From an uncultured Erysipelotrichaceae bacterium (lineage in GTDB: Bacteria; Bacillota_I; Bacilli_A; Erysipelotrichales; Erysipelotrichaceae): a stretch of DNA of 32,000 bases. The DNA lies in NCBI GenBank assembly GCA_964401865.1, contig CAYNZZ010000003.1, positions 81,372 to 113,371 on the forward strand, in the 5' to 3' direction. The notes under the pieces were generated by a model. The model searched no databases, was not told the origin of the DNA, and saw only the letters and a program-made list of their open reading frames with translations. This document shows positions 25,328-32,000 of the stretch, in pieces. Positions within the stretch are counted from its first letter, which is position 1. Each line of letters starts with the position of its first letter. A program made the translations under genes and the position numbers.

Positions 25328-27190
25328 TTATTTCATTGCTTCTATCATTATTTTAGATAAACGAAGAGAATAATCAGCAGGATCTTTTATTTCTAGTCCG
25401 GCAATCAATAAGGCCTGATCATATAATAATTTAGCGAAATCTTCTAAGTTTTTATTTTGCTCGTGAGCTTTTTTGAGAGATTCAAATAGTGGATGACTTG
25501 GATTTAATTCGAGAATTCTTGTCGCATGTACATTTTCTCCTTGATTCATTTCTTTTAATACTTTTTCCATATCGAGAGATAGACCGTCTTCGCTGCTTAA
25601 ACATACAGGGTGCGATTTTAAACGAGTAGATAATCTAACTTCCTTTACTTCGTCTTTTAGATATGAAGATAGTTGTTCTAACAAGTCTTTGTTTTCGGTA
25701 GTCTGTTTTTCAGTTTCTTTCTTTTCTTCTTCGGAGTCGAAATCCACATCGCTATTATTAATAGATTTAAATGTTTTTCCATTATAATCGTGTAAAACAT
25801 TAACTAAGAATTCATCGACATTATCGGTTAAATATAGTACTTCGTAGCCTTTGTCAATGATTTTTTCTAGTTGTGGCAAGTCTTTGATTTTATCGATGCT
25901 ATCGCCACAAACATAATAAATGTCATTTTGTTCCTCTTTCATTCTAGAAATATATTCTTTTAAAGAAACGTATTTTTCCTCGTGTGATGAGACAAATAAC
26001 AATAAATCTATTAGTAAATCTTTGTTTTGGCCGAATTTATCATATGCGCCATATTTTAATTGAAGTCCGAATTCCTTAAAGAACGATTCATAATCTTCTC
26101 TATTTTTTTCTAACATTTTTTCAAGTGTTGATTTAACCTTTTTATCAATTGATTTTTTGAGACTTTGCATTTGATAGTCTTGTTGGAGAATTTCTCTTGA
26201 GATGTTAAGGTTTAAATCATCAGAATCGACTAATCCCCTTACAAATCTAAAACAGTCACTGATTAGTTCGCTGGCTTCATCTTTAATGAATACGCCTTTA
26301 GAATATAAAGATAATCCATTTTTATAATCAGTAGTATAGTAGTTGTATGGAGCTTTACTAGGAATAAACAAAAGGGCAGTATATGATGTATTACCTTCCA
26401 CTTTGTAATGAATAGTCTTTATAGGCTTGTTATAGTCATAGTATTTTGAGAAATAGAAATCATTGTAGTCATCTTCCTTGATACTCTTTTTATCTTTTTT
26501 CCAAAGAGGAGTCATTGAGTTGACGGTCTTGATTTCTTTTTTAGCTTCGTTATTATCGCCATAAGTTTCTACTTCCATTTTGATTGGATAACGAATATAG
26601 TCTGAATAACGTTTGATTAACATTTGTACTTCATTAGAATCTAAATATCGATCGTAATTGATTTCTTTAGTATTATCTTTAATCCAAAGGGTAATAACAG
26701 TTCCTGCATCTTCCTTTTCACTCTTTTTGATTTCATAACCTTCTTCATCTTCCGAAGTCCAAAGATAAGCTTCATCGCTCAATACTTTTTTAGATAAAAC
26801 CTCTATCTTTTTAGCGACCATAAAAGCACTATAGAAACCAACGCCAAATTGGCCAATAATATCTACTTTTTCATTTTCATCAAGTTCTTGTTTAAAATTG
26901 AATGAGCCACTGTTGGCAATAGTGCCTAGATTATTTTCTAGGTCGTCTTTATCCATACCGATACCATTATCGCTGATGGAGATCTTTCTGTTTTCCTTAT
27001 CGATTTCAATACTGATGGCTAAATCATTGGCTTTTAGTTCGCTGTTAGTCAATGATAGATAATGTTTTTTATCTAGAGCATCTGATGCATTGGAGATAAG
27101 CTCTCTTAAAAAAATATCCTTATTTGTATATATAGAGTTAGCCATTAAATCAAGTAATCTTTTCGATTCAGTTTTAAATTGTTTTTTCAT
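25328..27190 (-). CDS. htpG: Molecular chaperone HtpG (Hsp90)
   Basis: Motifs: FLRELISNASDALDK, DNGIGM, GQFGVGFYSAFMVA. 620 aa. Its stop codon abuts the hemW stop with no intergenic nucleotide. Confidence 0.96.
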   Translation of the reverse strand: MKKQFKTESKRLLDLMANSIYTNKDIFLRELISNASDALDKKHYLSLTNSELKANDLAISIEIDKENRKISISDNGIGMDKDDLENNLGTIANSGSFNFKQELDENEKVDIIGQFGVGFYSAFMVAKKIEVLSKKVLSDEAYLWTSEDEEGYEIKKSEKEDAGTVITLWIKDNTKEINYDRYLDSNEVQMLIKRYSDYIRYPIKMEVETYGDNNEAKKEIKTVNSMTPLWKKDKKSIKEDDYNDFYFSKYYDYNKPIKTIHYKVEGNTSYTALLFIPSKAPYNYYTTDYKNGLSLYSKGVFIKDEASELISDCFRFVRGLVDSDDLNLNISREILQQDYQMQSLKKSIDKKVKSTLEKMLEKNREDYESFFKEFGLQLKYGAYDKFGQNKDLLIDLLLFVSSHEEKYVSLKEYISRMKEEQNDIYYVCGDSIDKIKDLPQLEKIIDKGYEVLYLTDNVDEFLVNVLHDYNGKTFKSINNSDVDFDSEEEKKETEKQTTENKDLLEQLSSYLKDEVKEVRLSTRLKSHPVCLSSEDGLSLDMEKVLKEMNQGENVHATRILELNPSHPLFESLKKAHEQNKNLEDFAKLLYDQALLIAGLEIKDPADYSLRLSKIMIEAMK

Positions 27191-27204
27191 CTTATTTCAC
27201 TCCT

Positions 27205-27231
27205 TTAGCACTCTTATTAGATGATTGCTAA
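27205..27231 (-). promoter_or_regulatory. CIRCE operator (HrcA binding site) in the htpG leader
   Basis: The minus strand reads TTAGCAATC-N9-GAGTGCTAA. The consensus is TTAGCACTC-N9-GAGTGCTAA, so 17 of 18 positions match. It sits between the -10 box and the SD AGGAG. Confidence 0.8.
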
Positions 27232-27234
27232 TTA

Positions 27235-27263
27235 ACTATAACACTAAAGAAATTAACTTGCAA
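27235..27263 (-). promoter_or_regulatory. SigA-type promoter of htpG (-35 TTGCAA, 17-nt spacer with TG, -10 TATAGT)
   Basis: The minus strand reads TTGCAA-N14-TGT-TATAGT, followed 3 nt later by CIRCE. Confidence 0.65.
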
Positions 27264-27390
27264 CATCTATCATTTGTCATATTGAATGTAAGGTATCAAT
27301 TAATTGTGCATATTATTAGTGACGCATTTTAGAAATTGATTATGATTATTTATGTACTTATGTTTAAAAAGTTGCAACTTACTGCTTTTA

Positions 27391-27427
27391 AAAATAAAAA
27401 CGGTAAGGAATTGATCTTTACCGTTTT
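27391..27427 (-). terminator. Rho-independent (structurally bidirectional) terminator after the cyclophilin gene
   Basis: CGGTAAGGA-ATTGA-TCTTTACCG is a 9-bp stem with one G-U pair. It is flanked by an A run (27391-27400) and a T run (27424-27427). On the minus strand the hairpin is followed by TTTTTATTTT. Confidence 0.75.
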
Positions 27428-27439
27428 GTATCAAAATCA

Positions 27440-27880
27440 TTAATCTTTGATTAGTTTAATCTCTTTAATGACATCACCATTATGCATGTTTCTAACAGCT
27501 CCCATATTGTCGGTTACTTTTCCAAAAACTGTGTGTACACCATCTAAATGTGGCTGCGGTTCGTGACAAATGAAGAATTGACAACTTCCAGTATCTTTTC
27601 CTCTATGAGCCATAGAAATTGAACCAGTCTCGTGTCTAAGAGGATTGTTTTTAGTCTCGCATTTAATTGTGTAATCAAGTTCGCCTGTTCCATCACCATT
27701 AGGGCAACCTCCTTGGGAGACGAAGTGTGGAATACAACGATGAAAAGTTAAACCATCATAGAAATGTTTTTCAATTAGAGATACGAAATTTTTTACTGTA
27801 TTTGGTGCACATTCAGGGTATAAATCAAATGGAATTTCAGCACCATTTTCCATTGTTATAAGTCCTTTGATTGTTTTCAT
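27440..27880 (-). CDS. ppiB: Peptidyl-prolyl cis-trans isomerase, cyclophilin type
   Basis: 146 aa. Motifs: FHRCIPHFVSQGG, GSISMAHRG, SCQFFIC, LDGVHTVFGKV. SD GGAGGAG. Confidence 0.93.
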   Translation of the reverse strand: MKTIKGLITMENGAEIPFDLYPECAPNTVKNFVSLIEKHFYDGLTFHRCIPHFVSQGGCPNGDGTGELDYTIKCETKNNPLRHETGSISMAHRGKDTGSCQFFICHEPQPHLDGVHTVFGKVTDNMGAVRNMHNGDVIKEIKLIKD

Positions 27881-27908
27881 TTATTGTTCTCCTCCGTATA
27901 TTAAATTA

Positions 27909-27917
27909 TGATAATAT
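27909..27917 (+). promoter_or_regulatory. Extended -10 box TGATAATAT 6 nt upstream of the YitT-family gene ATG
   Basis: Reads TGATAATAT-AATACT-ATG(27924), with no SD. It overlaps the divergent cyclophilin upstream region. Confidence 0.4.
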
Positions 27918-27923
27918 AATACT

Positions 27924-28787
27924 ATGAAAAATGATACTTTAAAAAGCTATTTTATGATTGCGATTGGATCTGCATTATTTGCGGTAGCCATTAACTTATT
28001 CATTGTTCCATATGGCTTGTATAATAGCGGAATTATAGGCTTTGCCCAAATATTTAGAACGATGATAGTAAAACATTTTGTTTTAAAAACATCTTATGAT
28101 ATTGCAGGTATAATCAACTTTTGTTTAAATGTGCCACTTTTATTTCTCGCTATCAAATATTTAAAAATGTCTTTCGTAAAGAAAACTATCTGGTCAATTG
28201 CTGTGCAAACTTTGGTTATGAGTATTGTCCCGATATTAAAAACGCCTATTGTACAAGATAGATTGGCTTCTATTATTATTGGGGCAATTATATCAGCGGT
28301 TGGTTGCAGTATGATTCTTGTTCAAAAGGGTTGTGCAGGTGGTACTGATATTATCGGTATGGTTTTGTCATTAAAAATACCGAAAATGTCTGTTGGCAAA
28401 TTTGGTTTATATTTTAATATTGTTTTATATTCTCTGTGTGCTTGCATTTTTAATTTGGAGATTGCGATTTATTCGATTTTACAGACAGCAATTTTCTCTT
28501 ATGTCGTAGATAAGACGCACTTACAAAATATCGAAGTTAGCTTGATGATATTTACTAAGTGTAAAGATGTAAAAGAGATGATAATTAACGAACAGCATCG
28601 TGGTGTAACGTATTGGAAGGGTATTGGTGCATATACCGATCAAGAAACTGAAGTATTGGTTAGTATCGTATCTAAATATGAAATTCCTGAACTATTAAAG
28701 AAGATTAAAAAACTAGATCCTCAAGCTTTCATTATTACTTCTTCAAAATTGGAAGTTAGTGGTGGTTTTGAAAAGAGATTAGTCTAA
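27924..28787 (+). CDS. YitT family membrane protein (DUF161 repeats plus C-terminal DUF2179 domain)
   Basis: 287 aa. Five TM helices are followed by a soluble tail GVTYWKGIGAYTDQETEVLVSIVSKYEIPELLKKIKKLDPQAFIITSS, typical of DUF2179. Confidence 0.8.
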   Translation: MKNDTLKSYFMIAIGSALFAVAINLFIVPYGLYNSGIIGFAQIFRTMIVKHFVLKTSYDIAGIINFCLNVPLLFLAIKYLKMSFVKKTIWSIAVQTLVMSIVPILKTPIVQDRLASIIIGAIISAVGCSMILVQKGCAGGTDIIGMVLSLKIPKMSVGKFGLYFNIVLYSLCACIFNLEIAIYSILQTAIFSYVVDKTHLQNIEVSLMIFTKCKDVKEMIINEQHRGVTYWKGIGAYTDQETEVLVSIVSKYEIPELLKKIKKLDPQAFIITSSKLEVSGGFEKRLV

Positions 28788-28797
28788 AAGGAGCAAG

Positions 28798-29997
28798 ATG
28801 AGAAAAATCAAGGAAGAACTTAGAGATCTAAAACCTAAATTATTACTGATAAGTTTTGCAGTTGTGCTATTTTTTGTTGCGATTAGATTTGATGATATTT
28901 TAGGTTTAGCGTCAAGACTTTTATCTTATTTATCTCCGCTTGTAATTGCGATTGGTTTAGCTTTTGCCTTGAATGTACCGATGCGAAGAATAGAAAAATT
29001 TATCAATTCACATAGTAAAGATGGCAGTGTATTTCGTCGTTTTTCAAGAGGTATTGCAATTGTAGGCGCAATAGTAATTGTGGTTGTTTTGTTTGTTTTT
29101 CTAGGTATGATAGTTGTACCGGAATTCTTTGCGTCAATAGGAAATTTCTTTTTGAATTTAAGTGTTTATATTAATAATATATCTGAGAATATTTACTCTG
29201 TTTTGAAGTATTTCAATATTGATTATGAACAAATCGCTAATTCTCAAATCGAAAATTTTTTCAACAGTATCGGTCTTAACTACAGCGATATTTTAAAACA
29301 GGCTTCAAATTGGATATTAGGAACCGGGCAAGGAACTGTTGATTATATCATGGCTACTGGCAACTACTTGTTCATGCTTATGATGTCATTTACCATCAGC
29401 ATTTATTTATTGGCATCTAAGGAAACTTTTATAAGACAATTAAAGAAAGTTACTTTAGCTATTTTTCCATCCGATATTGCTGAAGATATCTTTGATTCTA
29501 GTAAGGTTGCTAATGATATTTTCTCAAACTTTATTGGTGGAAAATGTGTTGAATGTGTTGTTGTTGGAGTTATGGTTTACGCTATTATGGCAGTATTCAA
29601 AATGCCATTTGCTATTTTGATTGCTTGTTTGTGCGGTGCATTGACAATTATTCCAGTCTTTGGATCGCTTGTAGCCACAATTATCGGATGTTTGCTTCTT
29701 CTATCGGTTAATATATGGTATCCAATATTCTTTTTCTTTATCTATTGGTTTGTTCAAATTGTTGATGGCAATTTTATTTATCCTAATTATATTGGCAGTA
29801 ACATGGGTTTACCGGCAGTATGGATTTTGACATCTGTTTTGGTGTTTGGTTCCGTGTATGGTTTTATAGGGGCTCTATTAGCAGCTCCGACAACTGCTTG
29901 TTTATACACATTCTTTGCCAATTACATCAATAAAAAATTAAACAATAAACACATTACCGTCGATAAAGATGGAAATTATACACAAAATGATAATTAA
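28798..29997 (+). CDS. AI-2E family transporter (PerM/UPF0118)
   Basis: 399 aa, about 8 TM helices. The C-terminal half has IIPVFGSLVATIIG ... VDGNFIYPNYIGSNMGLPAVW, characteristic of the family. SD AAGGAG. Confidence 0.8.
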   Translation: MRKIKEELRDLKPKLLLISFAVVLFFVAIRFDDILGLASRLLSYLSPLVIAIGLAFALNVPMRRIEKFINSHSKDGSVFRRFSRGIAIVGAIVIVVVLFVFLGMIVVPEFFASIGNFFLNLSVYINNISENIYSVLKYFNIDYEQIANSQIENFFNSIGLNYSDILKQASNWILGTGQGTVDYIMATGNYLFMLMMSFTISIYLLASKETFIRQLKKVTLAIFPSDIAEDIFDSSKVANDIFSNFIGGKCVECVVVGVMVYAIMAVFKMPFAILIACLCGALTIIPVFGSLVATIIGCLLLLSVNIWYPIFFFFIYWFVQIVDGNFIYPNYIGSNMGLPAVWILTSVLVFGSVYGFIGALLAAPTTACLYTFFANYINKKLNNKHITVDKDGNYTQNDN

Positions 29998-30020
29998 GAT
30001 GCTTCGGGCATCTTTTTTTA
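29996..30020 (+). terminator. Rho-independent terminator after the AI-2E transporter gene
   Basis: AAGATGC-TTCGG-GCATCTT is followed by a T run. Confidence 0.78.
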
Positions 30021-30069
30021 GGATTTAACTCTTTATACATAAATAATAAGGCATAAGGAGGTAGATAAG

Positions 30070-30369
30070 ATGCGCCAGATATATGTAGAGCCATCACGTT
30101 TGGAAGAAATAGCTTCTAAAGTTGAAATTGCTAATAGTGACTATGAAAGGCTTTGCCATTCTCTTTATTCGGAAGTCGATAAGATGTCGTCAGCTTGGCA
30201 AGGTAAGGATAATGTCGCTTTTAGCAATCAGATTCATTCTTACGAAGAAGATTTGAAACAAATTTCCATCATTATGCGTCAATATGCAGATTTCTTAAGG
30301 AATAGTGCTCGTGCTTATAGAGAAACTCAAGATGAATTGTATTCGCAAGCACAGAAACTATTTCGATAG
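30070..30369 (+). CDS. WXG100 family protein (EsxA-like type VII secretion substrate candidate)
   Basis: 99 aa, with a predicted helix-turn-helix hairpin. W43-Q-G45 (nt 30196-30204) is at the same position as W43-E-G in S. aureus EsxA as I recall it. The opening IYVEPSRLEEIASKV resembles the EsxA N-terminus. SD AAGGAGG at 30055-30061. Confidence 0.8.
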   Translation: MRQIYVEPSRLEEIASKVEIANSDYERLCHSLYSEVDKMSSAWQGKDNVAFSNQIHSYEEDLKQISIIMRQYADFLRNSARAYRETQDELYSQAQKLFR

Positions 30370-30384
30370 TTAGGAGGTAAGAAT

Positions 30385-30678
30385 ATGGATCAAATAAAGA
30401 TTACGCTTAATGAGGTGAGTAATTTAGCAAGCCAGATTCGTTTGATAAATGCCAATTTAGATGATGTGTTAGACTATACCAAAAGATTGATGCAGGACTT
30501 AAATGTAGTGTGGAATTCTGATGGAGCAACCGCAATAATGAATCGCTTTTTGCAGTTCTCTAATCGCTTTAATGAGGAATCAGAAACAATAGAAAGTTAT
30601 GCTCGCTTTTTGGATTATACTGTATCGTCCTATGATAGTTTAGAATCGACTATTGAATCGAATGCACAGACATTCTAA
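30385..30678 (+). CDS. WXG100-like partner protein (degenerate W-x3-G, C-terminal YxxxE)
   Basis: 97 aa, the same length class, with heptad-like helices. W43-N-S-D-G47 replaces WXG. Y83-D-S-L-E87 (nt 30631-30645) lies near the C-terminus. SD AGGAGG at 30372-30377. Confidence 0.6.
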   Translation: MDQIKITLNEVSNLASQIRLINANLDDVLDYTKRLMQDLNVVWNSDGATAIMNRFLQFSNRFNEESETIESYARFLDYTVSSYDSLESTIESNAQTF

Positions 30679-32000
30679 TAATAGAAAATGGTTTTTTCTT
30701 GTTTTGACGCTTTTAATTATTGTTACTTGCACAGCGTGTCATGACAGGAAGGATGCATATCTGATTGGACAATTTTTTGATGATTTAGCTATTAAAAGCG
30801 GTTTGATGTATGAAGATTCTAATAGTAGAGATGCTTTAGTTAAATGGGGCGTGCTGAAAGATGAAGAATATAATCTGGATAATCATTTAAAATATGATCT
30901 ATTTTCTGAAGTTATCATTAAAATGTTGGATATAGATGATAATGAATATCTAAAAGTTTTAAAGAATAAGAATTGGGTTGAAACTGGTGTAAATGATACA
31001 GATGAAGTCAGTAAAGAAGAAGCTCATAAAATTATTGATAAAACAATAGATATAATTAATAATCAAAACTTTGAAAATGATTATACTTATGAATTTAATG
31101 ATGCATTTAAGATTATAGATACAAGCTTGAAAGATGGATCGGGAAGTTTAGATGAACTAAACGATTTCAAATATGTTTACTCAAGAAAAGATGAGAAACT
31201 TTACAAAGTGGAATATGAAGGGGAAAGATATAGTTTTAAAGAGTGTGAGTTAGAAAATGCTTTTTCAAAGCTATATCTTTCTAGCTCTGATTGCGTTGAT
31301 ATAAATGAGGCGATAATAGAACCATATGGAGAACTAATAGATGATAGTCTTTTTAAAGATGGCTATCGTCTTTTATCAAATAAATCTAATGTATTTTATG
31401 TTGAGGGTTTTAGAATTTCTTATACTTTGTCGGCCGGCGATATTCGTTTTCATATTTCTAAGAAGACTAAACAGAATATTAATGTTTATGGAGATTTTTC
31501 TCTATACAATATTAAACCTAGTTTCATATGGGAATATGATAACGGAAATATTAAACATGCATTTTTTAAAGTTGATTTTAACAGTATGGAAAATTTTGGA
31601 TTATCGGTAGGAAAATATAAAGATTTTAATATTGATATAAAAGAATTAGATGATTCTTCTTTACTTAATAAAATATCCAGTGTTTTGAAAACTAAACAGG
31701 ATGAAGTGGATAGTACAATTCCATTATGTAGAATTAAATTGCCAATTAAAGAAATACCATTTGTATATTTGAATATGGATTTGTCGTTACACATATATGC
31801 GAGTGGAAAAGCAGAGATAAAAGTGTCAAATGTTCATACAATTGGTTTTGAGGTAAAAAATAATAATGTAAGGTTTATATTTGATCATGATCATGATATT
31901 GATGCAATAATAAATGCCAGTTTTAATACGACATTAGGTACGGATTTTCATTTAGATGCTTTTAACCAAAAACTAATGAATATAGATACTCGTGCGGGAA
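30662..32000 (+). CDS. Large lipoprotein-like secreted protein of unknown function (3' end outside the window)
   Basis: Not in the supplied track. The frame of nt 30662 is open from ATG 30662 to the window end (more than 446 codons). The N-terminus MHRHSNNRKWFFLVLTLLIIVTCTAC has a basic n-region, a hydrophobic core and Cys-containing lipobox-like ends (IVTC / CTAC). The rest is Asp/Asn/Lys-rich and beta-strand-like. It overlaps the preceding gene by 17 nt. I recognise no family. Confidence 0.7.
   Translation, partial: MHRHSNNRKWFFLVLTLLIIVTCTACHDRKDAYLIGQFFDDLAIKSGLMYEDSNSRDALVKWGVLKDEEYNLDNHLKYDLFSEVIIKMLDIDDNEYLKVLKNKNWVETGVNDTDEVSKEEAHKIIDKTIDIINNQNFENDYTYEFNDAFKIIDTSLKDGSGSLDELNDFKYVYSRKDEKLYKVEYEGERYSFKECELENAFSKLYLSSSDCVDINEAIIEPYGELIDDSLFKDGYRLLSNKSNVFYVEGFRISYTLSAGDIRFHISKKTKQNINVYGDFSLYNIKPSFIWEYDNGNIKHAFFKVDFNSMENFGLSVGKYKDFNIDIKELDDSSLLNKISSVLKTKQDEVDSTIPLCRIKLPIKEIPFVYLNMDLSLHIYASGKAEIKVSNVHTIGFEVKNNNVRFIFDHDHDIDAIINASFNTTLGTDFHLDAFNQKLMNIDTRAG

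Noticed and set aside
27369-27380. Perfect 12-bp palindrome AAGTTGCAACTT sharing TTGCAAC with the htpG -35 region; possibly a second promoter or a regulator site
   Set aside because: Only a weak -10 candidate (CATAAA/ATAAAT) follows it on the minus strand, and there is no other support. It is noted as a curiosity only.
27341-27442. 33-codon + strand ORF (MIIYVLMFKKLQL...) in the htpG / cyclophilin intergenic region
   Set aside because: It has no SD, it reads straight through the terminator hairpin, and its composition is what AT-rich non-coding DNA would be expected to give.
30021-30054. Promoter for the esx-like genes
   Set aside because: There are several A/T-rich hexamers (TATACA, ATAAAT, TAATAA), but none has a TG extension or a credible -35 at 16-18 nt. 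I cannot choose one.
31341-31794. Track ORFs 31341..31610 (+) and 31486..31794 (-)
   Set aside because: Both lie inside the long open frame that starts at 30662 and runs to the window end. Their translations are hydrophobic low-complexity strings, consistent with off-frame artefacts.
1-32000. Mollicute-type genetic code (TGA = Trp)
   Set aside because: The AT-richness and gene set prompted the check. However, ptsI, hemW and the Gx-transporter gene end at TGA exactly where homologues end, and conserved Trp positions are TGG. This is the standard code.
1-32000. CRISPR arrays, IS elements, integrases, prophage genes, tRNA or rRNA genes
   Set aside because: No regularly spaced direct repeats, no transposase- or integrase-like ORFs and no structured GC-rich intergenic segments were seen. 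All intergenic regions are 250 bp or shorter.

Overview
AT-rich, densely packed chromosomal segment of a low-GC Gram-positive (Bacillota-type) bacterium. It uses the standard genetic code: TGA ends ptsI, hemW and the Gx-transporter gene, and Trp is TGG. I support about 33 real protein-coding genes. I saw no rRNA, tRNA, CRISPR array, transposase or integrase. Most of the window is core housekeeping:
- ispH and a DEAD-box helicase, transcribed divergently, followed by a MATE pump.
- An operon of NusG-domain-II protein, Gx transporter, rimO, ROK kinase, M29 aminopeptidase and a small FakA/YloV-middle-domain protein.
- A DUF2779 nuclease-like protein and hpf.
- ptsI, preceded by a small HTH-like ORF instead of ptsH.
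- An orphan Alg14/Alg13-like split glycosyltransferase and yebC.
- The macromolecular-synthesis operon glyQS-dnaG-rpoD-trmK, joined by overlapping stop/start codons.
- rpsT, then fmt, an ECF S-component and lepA.
- A DUF308 protein, hemW, htpG, a cyclophilin, a YitT-family protein and an AI-2E transporter.
The only clearly accessory region is the right edge (30070 onward). It holds two tandem WXG100-type (EsxA-like) genes. They are translationally coupled to a long lipoprotein-like ORF that is missing from the supplied ORF track because it runs off the window. This may be the start of a type VII secretion-related or undescribed WXG100-associated locus, but no secretion machinery is visible here.
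Regulatory observations made directly in the sequence:
- Seven operon-leading genes have their ATG 6-7 nt after a (mostly TGn-extended) -10 box with no Shine-Dalgarno, which suggests leaderless mRNAs.
- A 17/18-match CIRCE operator lies between a sigmaA-type promoter and htpG.
- glyQS has no T-box leader.
- Two convergent gene pairs have zero or negative spacing.
All family assignments come from motif recognition by eye, not from database searches.
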